Positions 20,773-30,399 are shown, numbered from the stretch's first letter. The stretch is DNA of 64,000 nucleotides from Oligoflexia bacterium (GCA_023954355.1 JAMLID010000017.1:1418-65417); one strand, 5' to 3'. Numbers and translations: made by a program. The notes: generated by a model from the sequence alone, not told the origin.

Positions 20773-21083
20773 TTACTACTGCAATCATTCTTATGGCTAT
20801 GGCTCTTATTGTTTTTATAAACAAAAAAAACACTTCCATGCGCTCGTGTACGATGGATTCTGATTGTGCTTTAGCTAGAGATACATACTGTGGAACACTA
20901 ACGGCTATAAGAATCGGTAAAGAAAAAGAGTGGGCAGACTTTGATTTGCTTGAGCGTAAAAGAAAAGAAGACAGTAAAGAAATATGTCAAACAACTCTTC
21001 ACCCCTGGGTAAATCAGTATGAAGCAAAATGTTTAAATAGCCAATGCGACGCAAAGAAGAAGATTGCTTTTCAAAAAAATTAA
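20754..21083 (+). CDS. Small membrane-anchored Cys-rich hypothetical protein
   Basis: 109-aa ORF with an N-terminal TM helix and 6 Cys. It overlaps the surE stop by 19 nt. No recognisable family. Confidence 0.45.
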   Translation: MAKIYLITTAIILMAMALIVFINKKNTSMRSCTMDSDCALARDTYCGTLTAIRIGKEKEWADFDLLERKRKEDSKEICQTTLHPWVNQYEAKCLNSQCDAKKKIAFQKN

Positions 21084-21090
21084 TCTATGT

Positions 21091-21166
21091 GGTCCTATAG
21101 TTTAACCGGATAAAACGGGGCTTTCCTAAAGCTCTGATCCCCGTTCGAGTCGGGGTGGGACTACCA
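21091..21166 (+). tRNA. tRNA-Arg (anticodon CCU)
   Basis: Hand-folded cloverleaf. Acceptor stem GGTCCTA/TGGGACT, U8-A9, D stem GTTT/AAAC, anticodon stem GGGCT/AGCTC with loop TT-CCT-AA (CCT at 21125..21127), and T arm CCCCG-TTCGAGT-CGGGG. Discriminator A plus an encoded CCA. Confidence 0.85.
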
Positions 21167-21168
21167 AG

Positions 21169-21284
21169 GTCTAAAATCTTATCAGCTTTAATGCAATTTA
21201 AGACCCATTCAATCTATGCAACCAATAAAGGGCCGCTTCATTATTAGGATCTTTCATAAAAACGCTTCGTGCTAAGTTGCGAAG
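21169..21284. repeat. Left copy of a diverged direct repeat, a relic of the 3' end of the 22809..23633 gene
   Basis: 21198..21284 aligns with 22809..22895 with 7 mismatches in ~87 nt. Its minus-strand translation RNLARSVFMKDPNNEAALYWLHRLNGS* mirrors the C-terminus of the downstream ORF (RNLVRSVFMKDPNNEAALYWLRRLNES*). Similarity with indels continues toward the tRNA (GTCTAAAAT...AATGCAA). Confidence 0.8.
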
Positions 21285-21306
21285 ATATTCTCCACCTTGC
21301 TATAAA

Positions 21307-22707
21307 CTAGGGTAGCGAATCGTAAATGAGATAAATCCAGCTTTGGTTGGCAGGTAGCACTGAGCCACCATAAGTATTTAACCCAAACTCGATTACCCCA
21401 GGCCTGACAGCGGGCCCTGTATCCCATGCCCTGATATAAACTCGCTTTCCAGGCCCACCGTACTCACAGTCAGAAAACTTATTTCCATAGATTTTGGTTT
21501 CAGTGAGTTTCCAGAGCTGTAAGCAAGGTCCACCGATATTGGAGATTTCATTGCCTTGGATTGTAATCTTTTTATGTCCAGCTCCCACGAAAATTCCGTT
21601 ACCAGAAGTATAGTCAGTGATAACACTGTCAATCACGTTGCCACCCATCGTGACATTGGATGAAATGCTATAGTATGCATCGTGGGAAACAGAAATCCCG
21701 AACGCGGCTACTCGATTATAGACTGGGTTGTAAATGGCATTAACGTCTCTGATGGTATTTCTCGCAATTACAACGTTATCTATTTTTCCTTTGATCAACA
21801 CGCCTGCTGAAGAGTGCATTTTTCCGATATCGGTCATTACGTTATCGTAGACTCTCACGCCATTGATCGGCATTGAAAAATTATAATCCGAAGCGGCCGC
21901 GGTATCGAATACCACTCCATCGTAGCCCATATTTGAGATGTCATTGTGCTCAACCAATATACTTTCCGCATTTTTGTAAACAAAAACGCCATTCGAGCTG
22001 TTCGAAATTTTGTTGTGCCTTATACTGATTGACTTATTGGGTGGTGGCAAAGGAGTCACTGGAATCATTTCAGGTCGCCAATTCAAGTAGCTGCCATTGG
22101 GCAGTTGACCATTGTAAAAATTGCGCTGTACCAAAATGGCGGAGTGATTGAAGCCAGAAAGAGTGTTATTTTCGATAGTAACACCTATTGTAGCCGCACC
22201 GACATTGGTTGGAGTTTGCTGGTTACCGTTTCGACCTATGATTATTCCGTTTCCAGTGCCTGTAGATGGGATAGTGCTTGAAAACGGCCCACTCAACACT
22301 AGGTTGGCGATTCTGATGTTATAACTTCCATCAGAAATGTAAAAAATTCCTGAGTTCGCTTTGTTCGAGAATCCACTACTGTCGCTAGCGTTAATCCTAC
22401 TAATGGTTCCAGTGCCGCCAATATCGAGATCACGGGCGTTGTTTATGATCAGATAACCTGAGATTCGATAATTACCGTTCAATACTAGACTAGCCGGTGT
22501 TTTACTCTTCGCGTAGTTTATCGCGGTTTGGAGAGCAAGGGTATCATCCGTAATACCGTCACCAACTGGTGAAATCCAAAGATTTTCTGGAAGGATTTGG
22601 TTATTGGGGTATCTTGGAGTGTGGGTTGATTTGGGTCCTGAGGCCAGCCCGGCGACAGAGCCGGTTAGGGCAATAATAACTAAGAGAAGATTTACTTTAT
22701 AAGACAT
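21307..22707 (-). CDS. Secreted right-handed parallel beta-helix protein (pectate-lyase-3/tailspike-like, putative polysaccharide depolymerase)
   Basis: Signal peptide. The N-terminal motif GDGITDDTLALQTAINYA is typical of the Pectate_lyase_3 family. Many N/G/I-rich beta-helix rungs (NNTLSG, HNKISN, HNDISN, RNTIRD, GNEISN). Visibly higher G+C than the flanks. Confidence 0.7.
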   Translation of the reverse strand: MSYKVNLLLVIIALTGSVAGLASGPKSTHTPRYPNNQILPENLWISPVGDGITDDTLALQTAINYAKSKTPASLVLNGNYRISGYLIINNARDLDIGGTGTISRINASDSSGFSNKANSGIFYISDGSYNIRIANLVLSGPFSSTIPSTGTGNGIIIGRNGNQQTPTNVGAATIGVTIENNTLSGFNHSAILVQRNFYNGQLPNGSYLNWRPEMIPVTPLPPPNKSISIRHNKISNSSNGVFVYKNAESILVEHNDISNMGYDGVVFDTAAASDYNFSMPINGVRVYDNVMTDIGKMHSSAGVLIKGKIDNVVIARNTIRDVNAIYNPVYNRVAAFGISVSHDAYYSISSNVTMGGNVIDSVITDYTSGNGIFVGAGHKKITIQGNEISNIGGPCLQLWKLTETKIYGNKFSDCEYGGPGKRVYIRAWDTGPAVRPGVIEFGLNTYGGSVLPANQSWIYLIYDSLP

Positions 22708-22766
22708 TGAATTATCCCCTATGATTTTGCAGTCCCATCCATTGCAAATATACCAAACCCTCTATC

Positions 22767-22895
22767 GTCTAAAATTTTATTTGACTTGAATGCAAAAACT
22801 TAATGAAATCAAGACTCATTCAATCTGCGCAACCAATAAAGGGCCGCTTCATTATTTGGATCTTTCATAAAAACGCTTCGTACTAAGTTGCGCAG
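22767..22895. repeat. Right copy of the direct repeat (includes the live 3' end of the 22809..23633 gene)
   Basis: See the left copy. The two copies are about 1.6 kb apart and bracket the beta-helix gene. Confidence 0.8.
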
Positions 22896-23633
22896 TTCTT
22901 CTCTTGCTTCTTGGTCGTGATCTATTTTATTTAGAAGCTGAAAACCCTTTTTTTCTAGATACAAAACTTCTTGCCGCAACATTCTATTTTGTTCAATTGA
23001 GGCAATGCTTCTTGCTTTTCGGTATCTTTCTTTACTTTCAGAATTCAATCCATTTTGCACTAAGTACTTCCATTCTTCACTTAGCTTTTCATATGATGCT
23101 CTATTTCTTTTTACTGCCTTTATACAACTTTTTGGAATGACAGCAGAACACATGTTCACAATATAATTTTGCTCTTCCCATGAACTTGCTCCCGTAAGTT
23201 TTTGCAGCACAAATACATGTAAGGTAAAAATTGGTATGATGAAAAATGTAAAGCCTAATCTAATTAAAAAGTGTTTATATTTTTTTAAAAAAATAGTTTG
23301 GATCGTGAATAAAAATAAAAATAAAAAGCAGTAAATAAATAGCTTAACAAATGCAATTTTCGTAGCTGAGTGTGGCCCATCTATTTCTTTCGTAAAGTCT
23401 ACGAAAGAAAGTATTAAGCAAAAAGAAAAGCAAAAGGCCATTGGCAAATGAAGAAAAAAATCTTTAAAACTTCTTTTAAAATAGATGGCGTATTGCTTCA
23501 TATAGTCTTTATCGACCAAAAAACAGAACTCGAACAAGTAAAATAACTTAATGAAAGCAGCTACTTGCAAGTGCAATTGACTATAGCCTTCAGTGCCGAA
23601 ATAAATAGAGTATAGAAATAGCTTAAAAGGCAC
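22809..23633 (-). CDS. Hypothetical integral membrane protein with a C-terminal soluble helical tail
   Basis: 274-aa ORF with several hydrophobic helices and no recognised motif. The start is uncertain (an internal ATG gives MKQYAIYFK). Confidence 0.45.
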   Translation of the reverse strand: MPFKLFLYSIYFGTEGYSQLHLQVAAFIKLFYLFEFCFLVDKDYMKQYAIYFKRSFKDFFLHLPMAFCFSFCLILSFVDFTKEIDGPHSATKIAFVKLFIYCFLFLFLFTIQTIFLKKYKHFLIRLGFTFFIIPIFTLHVFVLQKLTGASSWEEQNYIVNMCSAVIPKSCIKAVKRNRASYEKLSEEWKYLVQNGLNSESKERYRKARSIASIEQNRMLRQEVLYLEKKGFQLLNKIDHDQEAREELRNLVRSVFMKDPNNEAALYWLRRLNES

Positions 23634-23798
23634 ACACCAAAATCAATAACTAAAGTGCTCTAAGGTAAATAGAAATTTCTGACTAGAATGACACATTAAA
23701 AAAGACAATCCATTAACGTTTTAGTTTTACTCATCTGTAAATAGGTTTTATCTTGTTTATAACGCAATAAAAAATGGCTTTAGCCTTTTGCATGCTGA

Positions 23799-24542
23799 GT
23801 GGAGAGAATGGTTTCGCAGTTTAAAAAAAGAATTAAGACAGTATTTCTCTTCATTTGCGCGATTAGTTTTACAAAGCAAGCAAATGCAACAATCATAGAC
23901 GACTTTACTTCACCTGTAACGACTCCAGCAAAATATGTACTTCTAACAGGCTCTATAATTACCATTGGCTTGGTGCTTTCTCGTTACGATACAGTGCAGC
24001 CGGTGCAGAGAGATTTCACAAGTCGAAGACATTTAGGCAAGTGGGCTAAGGTTGGAGAAGTTTGGGGAAAAGGCCAAATCAACCTAGCATATGTAGGCTT
24101 AATGGTAATCTCAGCAATAGGTGGTAATAAAAATGGACTCAGAAGAGCAAAAATTATGACGGTTGGTTCTTTATTTGCCGTTGGCGCTACAGCCATACTA
24201 AAAGAAACTGTAGGTCAACCAAGACCTAATGATGGTCGCGATAAACAAAGCTTTCCCTCAGGACACGCTACTGGTGCATTTGCTTTTGCCTCTGTAGTAG
24301 GCGCAGAGCATGGCGCCTTATGGGGGATTCCTGCTTATGCAATTGCTACATTTATCGCTTGGAGCCGCATCAATGATAATAAACATTATCTACATGATGT
24401 AGTAGGTGGAGCCACTATAGGGATGGCCTACGGTCTAGGGGTTTACTATTCTACTTGGGGTAAAAATAGGTCAAGAAATGCCGAACTCTTACCTTTGATT
24501 ATGGATGACGGCGTAGGGGCTTTAGCGACCATACGATTTTAG
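23799..24542 (+). CDS. PAP2-family (type 2 phosphatidic acid/lipid) phosphatase
   Basis: All three PAP2 motifs are present: KETVGQPRPND (KxxxxxxRP), PSGH, and SRINDNKHYLHDVVGG (SRxxxxxHxxxD). Confidence 0.85.
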   Translation: MERMVSQFKKRIKTVFLFICAISFTKQANATIIDDFTSPVTTPAKYVLLTGSIITIGLVLSRYDTVQPVQRDFTSRRHLGKWAKVGEVWGKGQINLAYVGLMVISAIGGNKNGLRRAKIMTVGSLFAVGATAILKETVGQPRPNDGRDKQSFPSGHATGAFAFASVVGAEHGALWGIPAYAIATFIAWSRINDNKHYLHDVVGGATIGMAYGLGVYYSTWGKNRSRNAELLPLIMDDGVGALATIRF

Positions 24543-24817
24543 TAATCCGTATAAATCTCACATTCAAAATGATTTTCTTTAGCGTTAGTGCTCGTCTCGC
24601 AACGTACTTCACCTGTTATCCAGCATTTACCCATCCCACACTCTAGCTCTTGCCCTGAAGCATCTTGCAACGTTTTTAACATGGCTTTTGCCTTGTCACC
24701 TTGGAGCAATGCGGGGGCATGAGCTGAATCTGGTTTTCTATTATTTTTTTCTTTTGCATCCACAGATTGAGGTACGCCTAGAAATAGCAAACATGCAAAC
24801 ACCAATATGATTTTCAT
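24539..24817 (-). CDS. Small secreted Cys-containing hypothetical protein
   Basis: 92 aa with signal peptide MKIILVFACLLFLGVPQSVDA and 4 Cys in the mature part. Its stop codon overlaps the convergent PAP2 stop. Confidence 0.5.
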   Translation of the reverse strand: MKIILVFACLLFLGVPQSVDAKEKNNRKPDSAHAPALLQGDKAKAMLKTLQDASGQELECGMGKCWITGEVRCETSTNAKENHFECEIYTDY

Positions 24818-24831
24818 ATACTCATCCTTTT

Positions 24832-26379
24832 TTATGGTTCATTTCTTGGGCGAAAATCCCAATGAATTTTTGAAGTTTTTAAATTACAGTTATTGCTTCC
24901 ACGTTCAGGAACACAATTTTTCTGCTCTCTATACGCTTTTAAATCAGCTTTTCGAAATGCTTCTAAAAATTGATCCATATTTTTAGGTGTCATTGGTAAG
25001 CCAGTTTTTAACTTTTGCTTTTCGTCTGCTTTTGCTAAGGCCTCAAACATATTTTCAGCGATTGAATTTAATTTAAAAACGGTACCTAATGTGTCTTTAG
25101 ACATATTTTTTGGAAATTTATCTTTTAATAGCGAAGAAAAAATCGGCCACCGTCTTAAGCTCCAAGCTAAATTTTTCTTAAAAAAGGTTAAGATGTCTCC
25201 ATGAATGGTGTAATCATAGCGTTCCATCCAATCATAAATTTTGACTAATACTGCATCGTGATGGTGTAGCATTCTAACTCTCGAATAATCACGCCACTCT
25301 GCGATCAATTCAACACGAGGGTCAACTTCCATATCAGCAGGAGCAAACGTGTCTTTTACTTTGATCCCAAGGGCATCAAAAAAATCTCTATTACGTACAG
25401 TAATTTTTGTCGGGAAAAGCGGTACATGAAACTTTCTTTTCAATTGCTTTGAGGCCATATCGAAACCATATTGCACGATTTCAGAGCAAAAAAGCTCTGA
25501 GGGCTCATCTGTAACCATTCCAAAATCATACGGAATATTTTCGCCAGCATTGCTTGCTCTATTAGCCTCTTCAAACATTCGCTTTGCTGCTAAATGAGCC
25601 ATTTCTGAATCTGCATACCTAAACAGTACAGCGCGACCTTTCCCATCCTTTAAATATTCTTCAAATGTAAATGTTTTAGTTCCAATTTCAATATGTGCCT
25701 CTACGGTATATTTTTTTCCACTTGCTTTATCTATATATAAAATTGCCAAATGAGAAAATTGCGCATCTATGTCACCAACTCTTGCAATGGCAGCACTTGT
25801 AAATGCTGTTCCACGCGACATTAAGATATCACCTGATTTGAACTGTAATTTTTTTTCGTTGGTTAGTAGATATGGGAAACCTCCAGCATAAGCTTCTAGT
25901 GTTTTCTTTTCATCAAACGGCGCTGGGTTTACTTTCAAATAACCAATATAGTCTTCTATATACCTACCAGCTCTAAAAATATTTCTAGAAGCGTCTGAGC
26001 ATTCTCTAGATAGGTTTTTGTTGCCATAAAATTCTTTTAACCGTTTGCGTAATTCAAGCTTTGATTGCCAAAGGTTTTTGATGATCTTATCTGCATTTTT
26101 AATCGATTTCTTCTTATCAAAATATTGTGCGTCTATTTTATACATTCTTTGATAGATATTATTAAGAATTGCTGGGCAGTTTTTTGCGTTAAAATCGTCA
26201 CTTTTTATAAAGTTTAAAAATTGCTCTGAGGCTTTTTCTAAATCAGTAGGGATGGGAATAACAGAGGCCGATGAATCTGGAGATCTTTCTCCTTCATCTG
26301 TAGTGCTTTGATGACTGCACGAGCTGATGTAGAGAGAAAAAACTACTAACAAAACGTAAAATTTCATAATTCCCAACAT
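24832..26379 (-). CDS. Lipoprotein with a YiiX/permuted-papain (NlpC/P60 superfamily)-like core
   Basis: Lipobox LYISSCS. The segment SGDILMSRGTAFTSAAIARVGD...FSHLAILY and a downstream FCSEIV (candidate catalytic Cys) resemble the YiiX-type permuted papain fold. This is a weak, motif-level call. Confidence 0.4.
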   Translation of the reverse strand: MLGIMKFYVLLVVFSLYISSCSHQSTTDEGERSPDSSASVIPIPTDLEKASEQFLNFIKSDDFNAKNCPAILNNIYQRMYKIDAQYFDKKKSIKNADKIIKNLWQSKLELRKRLKEFYGNKNLSRECSDASRNIFRAGRYIEDYIGYLKVNPAPFDEKKTLEAYAGGFPYLLTNEKKLQFKSGDILMSRGTAFTSAAIARVGDIDAQFSHLAILYIDKASGKKYTVEAHIEIGTKTFTFEEYLKDGKGRAVLFRYADSEMAHLAAKRMFEEANRASNAGENIPYDFGMVTDEPSELFCSEIVQYGFDMASKQLKRKFHVPLFPTKITVRNRDFFDALGIKVKDTFAPADMEVDPRVELIAEWRDYSRVRMLHHHDAVLVKIYDWMERYDYTIHGDILTFFKKNLAWSLRRWPIFSSLLKDKFPKNMSKDTLGTVFKLNSIAENMFEALAKADEKQKLKTGLPMTPKNMDQFLEAFRKADLKAYREQKNCVPERGSNNCNLKTSKIHWDFRPRNEP

Positions 26380-26448
26380 TAAATCCTCCAGTGAGAAATA
26401 TCGGTTGCTCTTCTTTAGGTCTTAATAGTGGATAAAAAGATTTCTAAT

Positions 26449-26485
26449 TGTCTAAACTTTAAACAGACTATAGAAAGTTTAGACA
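26449..26485. promoter_or_regulatory. 12-bp perfect inverted repeat in a divergent promoter region (candidate operator)
   Basis: TGTCTAAACTTT (26449..26460), a 13-nt spacer, then AAAGTTTAGACA (26474..26485). It lies between the 26379 (minus) and 26571 (plus) starts. Confidence 0.3.
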
Positions 26486-26570
26486 GTGGCGTAGAAAAAT
26501 TTCCTTTAAAATGAATAGCTTATTATTGGCATCAGATCTGCTTACTTCTAGGCTAGATAGGGAGAATTTT

Positions 26571-26948
26571 ATGAAAAACATTTTTTTACTAACATTACTT
26601 GCACCACTTGTTTTAACTGCTTACTCAGCAGAGGCAAAAGATAAAGCAGACGGATTTCAATCTTGCACTAGGCTTGCCTATAGATCTTACTACAGAGAAA
26701 TGCGTAAATTAGAGCAAAAAAATATATCTGACGATTTACGTGGCCCTCTTACTCAAGGGTTAAATAACGAATTAAGTGATAATTTAGAAATTTGTAAATG
26801 TTCAGATCTCGTAGAAAAAAAATATAATGAAGAAATGAATTCTTTAGAAGAAGAAAACATCTCTGATGAATTACGTGGTGCCTTAACTCAAGGGGCTAAT
26901 ACTGATCGCTTAGATAATCTAGCGTCTTGCGCTAAAATACTATTTTAA
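26571..26948 (+). CDS. Secreted hypothetical protein made of two ~45-aa repeats
   Basis: Preferred ATG is 26571 (RBS AGGGAGA; signal peptide MKNIFLLTLLAPLVLTAYSAEA). The two repeats are ...EMRKLEQKNISDDLRGPLTQGLNNELSDNLEIC and ...EMNSLEEENISDELRGALTQGANTDRLDNLASC. Confidence 0.55.
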   Translation: MKNIFLLTLLAPLVLTAYSAEAKDKADGFQSCTRLAYRSYYREMRKLEQKNISDDLRGPLTQGLNNELSDNLEICKCSDLVEKKYNEEMNSLEEENISDELRGALTQGANTDRLDNLASCAKILF

Positions 26949-27373
26949 TTTACAGGTTCACCCAGAGGTTTAAGTTTTAAGTTTCCCTCTTCGTCGAATC
27001 CATCAAAAATTAGCGATGGCAGTCTATTGTACTGCTTTGCTTTTTCATAAAAATTAGATCGTGATTCCCATTTCGGATCATTTGCTAATCCCATAAATAC
27101 GATTACACACGAACCACGACCAATATTTGCAGAGCTAGTTATTGAAAAACCATTTAGAAATGCGGTATTGAGCATTTTTAATTCTGGTATGAAAATTTGA
27201 GCGAGATATCTTGAGTACGCATTTGCAGAATAGTTATTCATATGGTCTGGGATATCACACTGCTCTTTTACAGCTGCTCGCAAATTATTATATTGCTTTT
27301 GCATTTGATCGTCAGCAAATGTAGTTGCTGAAAAAATGCTTAAAGTAAATAAAAAGAAAATTTGTTTCATCAT
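26945..27373 (-). CDS. Secreted hypothetical protein
   Basis: 142-aa ORF with signal peptide MMKQIFFLFTLSIFSATTFA. No recognised family. Confidence 0.5.
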   Translation of the reverse strand: MMKQIFFLFTLSIFSATTFADDQMQKQYNNLRAAVKEQCDIPDHMNNYSANAYSRYLAQIFIPELKMLNTAFLNGFSITSSANIGRGSCVIVFMGLANDPKWESRSNFYEKAKQYNRLPSLIFDGFDEEGNLKLKPLGEPVN

Positions 27374-27391
27374 ATATGACTCCTTTTTTAT

Positions 27392-28006
27392 TTAGTTTCC
27401 AGAGCAAAGCCTCAGAGCGTCTTCTTCTGATAATCGGCGATAAGCCTCTTTGAAGCATTCTACTCTAGATAGATCACCAGACTTTTTACATAAACGTATT
27501 GAGCTTTCAGTATTTAATCTTATATACGCTTCTCTAAAGCATGAGACTGTCTCCTCTGTTCCTCTATCTTGGCAGAGTTCAATGGATTCATTTGTTGATA
27601 ATCGCTTATAAGCTTCCGAAAAACACTTTGCAGTACTAGGTGTGCCTCTATTTTTACAAAGCCGTATAGAGTCTTGTGTGCTTAATCTACGATAAGCATC
27701 TTCAAAACAAATAGCGGTATCTTCTGTACCACCATTCGAACAAAGTTCTATGGCTTCATTTTGCGAAAGTCTTCTATAGGCTCTATTAAAACAAGCGCTT
27801 GGCTCAGACCGTCCAGCATTATTAACTATATTTTGTGTTTCTTTTAATAACTGTAGAACGTCTTTCGTTTGTCCCGCATTAAGATTATCAGCATTTGTTT
27901 TTACAGATTGTTCTAAAGATCGAACTTCTTGCAGTATTTGCTCTTTAGGTGAAGCATTCGCTAGAGAGGCCAGTAAAAATAAGAAGCAAACAGTTAAAAA
28001 ATTCAT
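27392..28006 (-). CDS. Secreted protein with five tandem 28-aa two-cysteine repeats
   Basis: A signal peptide precedes the repeat CF-x2-AY-(R/K)RL-(S/N)-x3-(A/S)I-x-LC-x2-(G/R)G(T/D)-x5, repeated at residues 72-99, 100-127, 128-155, 156-183 and 184-204 (nt 27395..27793, 84-nt period). Confidence 0.65.
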   Translation of the reverse strand: MNFLTVCFLFLLASLANASPKEQILQEVRSLEQSVKTNADNLNAGQTKDVLQLLKETQNIVNNAGRSEPSACFNRAYRRLSQNEAIELCSNGGTEDTAICFEDAYRRLSTQDSIRLCKNRGTPSTAKCFSEAYKRLSTNESIELCQDRGTEETVSCFREAYIRLNTESSIRLCKKSGDLSRVECFKEAYRRLSEEDALRLCSGN

Positions 28007-28132
28007 AGGTTCCTTTAGCTTGAGGTAGACTCAAAAATATCGCCGCTAAAGTATCAAAAACAATGCTTAGCGTCAAATAAAGAGGTTGTTTTCTAGAAAA
28101 TACGTAAAACCATAATAATAAAAGGTAGTTAT

Positions 28133-28588
28133 ATGATTCTAAGGGATAAAGTTTTTTCTCTAGAGCTAGGTAAATCAATCGCTTCTGAAATGCAGAGTTT
28201 TTATCTTACAAACAAGAGCTCAAGCATTCCTAGAGAGTCTGATCTTTATTTCATATTGAGAGAAAATAATAAGATAGTAGCGAGCGTTCGTTTTTGCGTT
28301 GAATACGAGCATTGTTTGTTACGAACAATGCTTGTCGATTCAAAACATAGAAAACAAGGGCTTGGCTCTATTTTGCTGACTAGATTTAATGAATACTTAG
28401 AGCAAGAAAAAATTATCAAAACCTATTGCCTACCATATGAACACTTAAAAAATTTCTATGCAAAAATAGGATTTCGGCAAATTACAGAACAAAATATTCC
28501 TCAGTTTTTAAACCGCAGAATGAGCGAATATAAAAACCAAGGGTTAATTGTCATTTGTATGGAACGAAAAAACCTTACGAAAGAGTAG
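28133..28588 (+). CDS. GNAT-family N-acetyltransferase
   Basis: Acetyl-CoA-binding motif [10 protein letters not shown] (R/Q-x-x-G-x-G/A) followed by FYAKIGF. Length 151 aa. Confidence 0.75.
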   Translation: MILRDKVFSLELGKSIASEMQSFYLTNKSSSIPRESDLYFILRENNKIVASVRFCVEYEHCLLRTMLVDSKHRKQGLGSILLTRFNEYLEQEKIIKTYCLPYEHLKNFYAKIGFRQITEQNIPQFLNRRMSEYKNQGLIVICMERKNLTKE

Positions 28589-30203
28589 GGCCAAATTTTT
28601 CTAAACGCTTCCCATACTCTACATCAGTATACTTGGTGAAGTTTTTAGAAAAAAGTTCTGCTAAAGACTTCAATTTATCGTCATACGCTTTAGCATCTGT
28701 CCATGTGTTTTTAGGATTCAATATAGCTGAGTCTACTCCGTTTAATGCTTTTGGGATTTCAAACCCAAAATAAGGGAACAACTCCCACTCAGACATATCT
28801 AAACTACCATCAAAAATTCTATCTAAAATTGTCCTGGTAGCTTTAATGCTCATTCTTTTTCCAACACCATATGGACCCCCAGTCCATCCAGTATTTACTA
28901 AATAAGCCTTTGAGCCGTGTTTTTCCATTTTCTCTCTTAAGATTTTTCCGTAGCGAGTAGGATGAACACTTAAAAAAGGCCCGCCATAGCAAGAAGAAAA
29001 TACGGCAGTTGGCTCTTTCACTCCAATCTCTGTACCAGCCACTTTAGCTGTATACCCACTGAGATATTGGTATTCAGCTTGATCGGCCGTTAATCGAGCA
29101 ACTGGTGGTAAAACACCGAAAGCATCGCAAGTTAAAAAGATGATATTCTTAGGGTGGCCGCCTTTTGAAACTGGCTTTACAATATTTTCAATATGCTCAA
29201 TTGGATATGAAACACGAGTATTTTCTGTTTTGCTTCCGTCTGTATAATCAACTACACCGTTCTCATCGATCACAACGTTCTCTAATAAAGCGTTTCTTCG
29301 AATAGCTTTATATATATCAGGTTCACTTTCTTTAGATAAGTTTATGCATTTTGCGTAGCAACCACCTTCAAAATTGAAAATACCTTCATTATCCCATCCG
29401 TGCTCATCATCACCAATCAGTTTGCGGTTTGGATCAGTAGATAGTGTTGTTTTTCCGGTACCTGAGAGACCGAAAAATAATGCCGTATCACCATCAGAGC
29501 CCAAATTTGCACTACAGTGAAAAGCACCAATGCCCTGCAACGGCAAGAAATAGTTCATCATTGAGAACATTCCTTTTTTAATTTCTCCGCCATACCAAGT
29601 GCCACCAATAATCGTCATTCGCTCTTTAATATGAGCTGCCACATAAACCTCAGATCGCAAACCAAGGTCTTTGAAATTTTTCGCTGAGGTTTTACATGAA
29701 TCTAAAATTGTCCAATCAGGCTTAAACGTTTTTAGCTCTGCATCTGATGGTCTTATAAACATATTTTTTGCAAAATGAGCCTTCCATGCAAGTTCTGTTA
29801 CTAAACGTACAGAGAGGCGAGTGTTGGGATTTGCTCCGCAAAAAGCATCGACAACATAGAGTTTTTTTCCGTTAAGCTGCGTTAAAGAGTTCTTTTTTAA
29901 TTCATCCCAAACAGACTGCTCCATCGGATGATTGTCTGACCCAGTGCCTGACCACCATACATTTTGTTTAGATTCATCATCTACAACAACATACTTGTCT
30001 TTAGGAGACCGACCAGTAAAGCGACCAGTATCCACAGAAACGGCACCTGAACTAGTAACATAGCCTCTTTCTTGGCCATCAGCTGAAATCTCTTGTTCAA
30101 ATAACATTTCGTAAGAAGGGTTATAATAAATATCTTCCGCACTATTAATGCCAACAGAGGTTAAATTTAACTGATTTAATAAATCTTGGGTTACTTGCTT
30201 CAT
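28575..30203 (-). CDS. pckA: Phosphoenolpyruvate carboxykinase (ATP)
   Basis: Kinase-1a P-loop [13 protein letters not shown], the motif IGDDEHGW and overall collinearity with ATP-dependent PckA. Length 542 aa. Confidence 0.95.
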   Translation of the reverse strand: MKQVTQDLLNQLNLTSVGINSAEDIYYNPSYEMLFEQEISADGQERGYVTSSGAVSVDTGRFTGRSPKDKYVVVDDESKQNVWWSGTGSDNHPMEQSVWDELKKNSLTQLNGKKLYVVDAFCGANPNTRLSVRLVTELAWKAHFAKNMFIRPSDAELKTFKPDWTILDSCKTSAKNFKDLGLRSEVYVAAHIKERMTIIGGTWYGGEIKKGMFSMMNYFLPLQGIGAFHCSANLGSDGDTALFFGLSGTGKTTLSTDPNRKLIGDDEHGWDNEGIFNFEGGCYAKCINLSKESEPDIYKAIRRNALLENVVIDENGVVDYTDGSKTENTRVSYPIEHIENIVKPVSKGGHPKNIIFLTCDAFGVLPPVARLTADQAEYQYLSGYTAKVAGTEIGVKEPTAVFSSCYGGPFLSVHPTRYGKILREKMEKHGSKAYLVNTGWTGGPYGVGKRMSIKATRTILDRIFDGSLDMSEWELFPYFGFEIPKALNGVDSAILNPKNTWTDAKAYDDKLKSLAELFSKNFTKYTDVEYGKRLEKFGPTLS

Positions 30204-30399
30204 TTACTGATCTCCAAAGCTTTGAGGTCTTGTTTTTGTGCCGCGTGTTGATTCGTATCAGTTTTTCCCATTTTTTTGTATCCCAAAATGCATGAAACTA
30301 TAGAAATTATGGCCTTTCTTGAGCTAATAGAAATCCAGCTTAATATTTTTGCGCATATCATCATTTTTTGGTATGAAGGCCTCGCACAAGGGGGTATTC

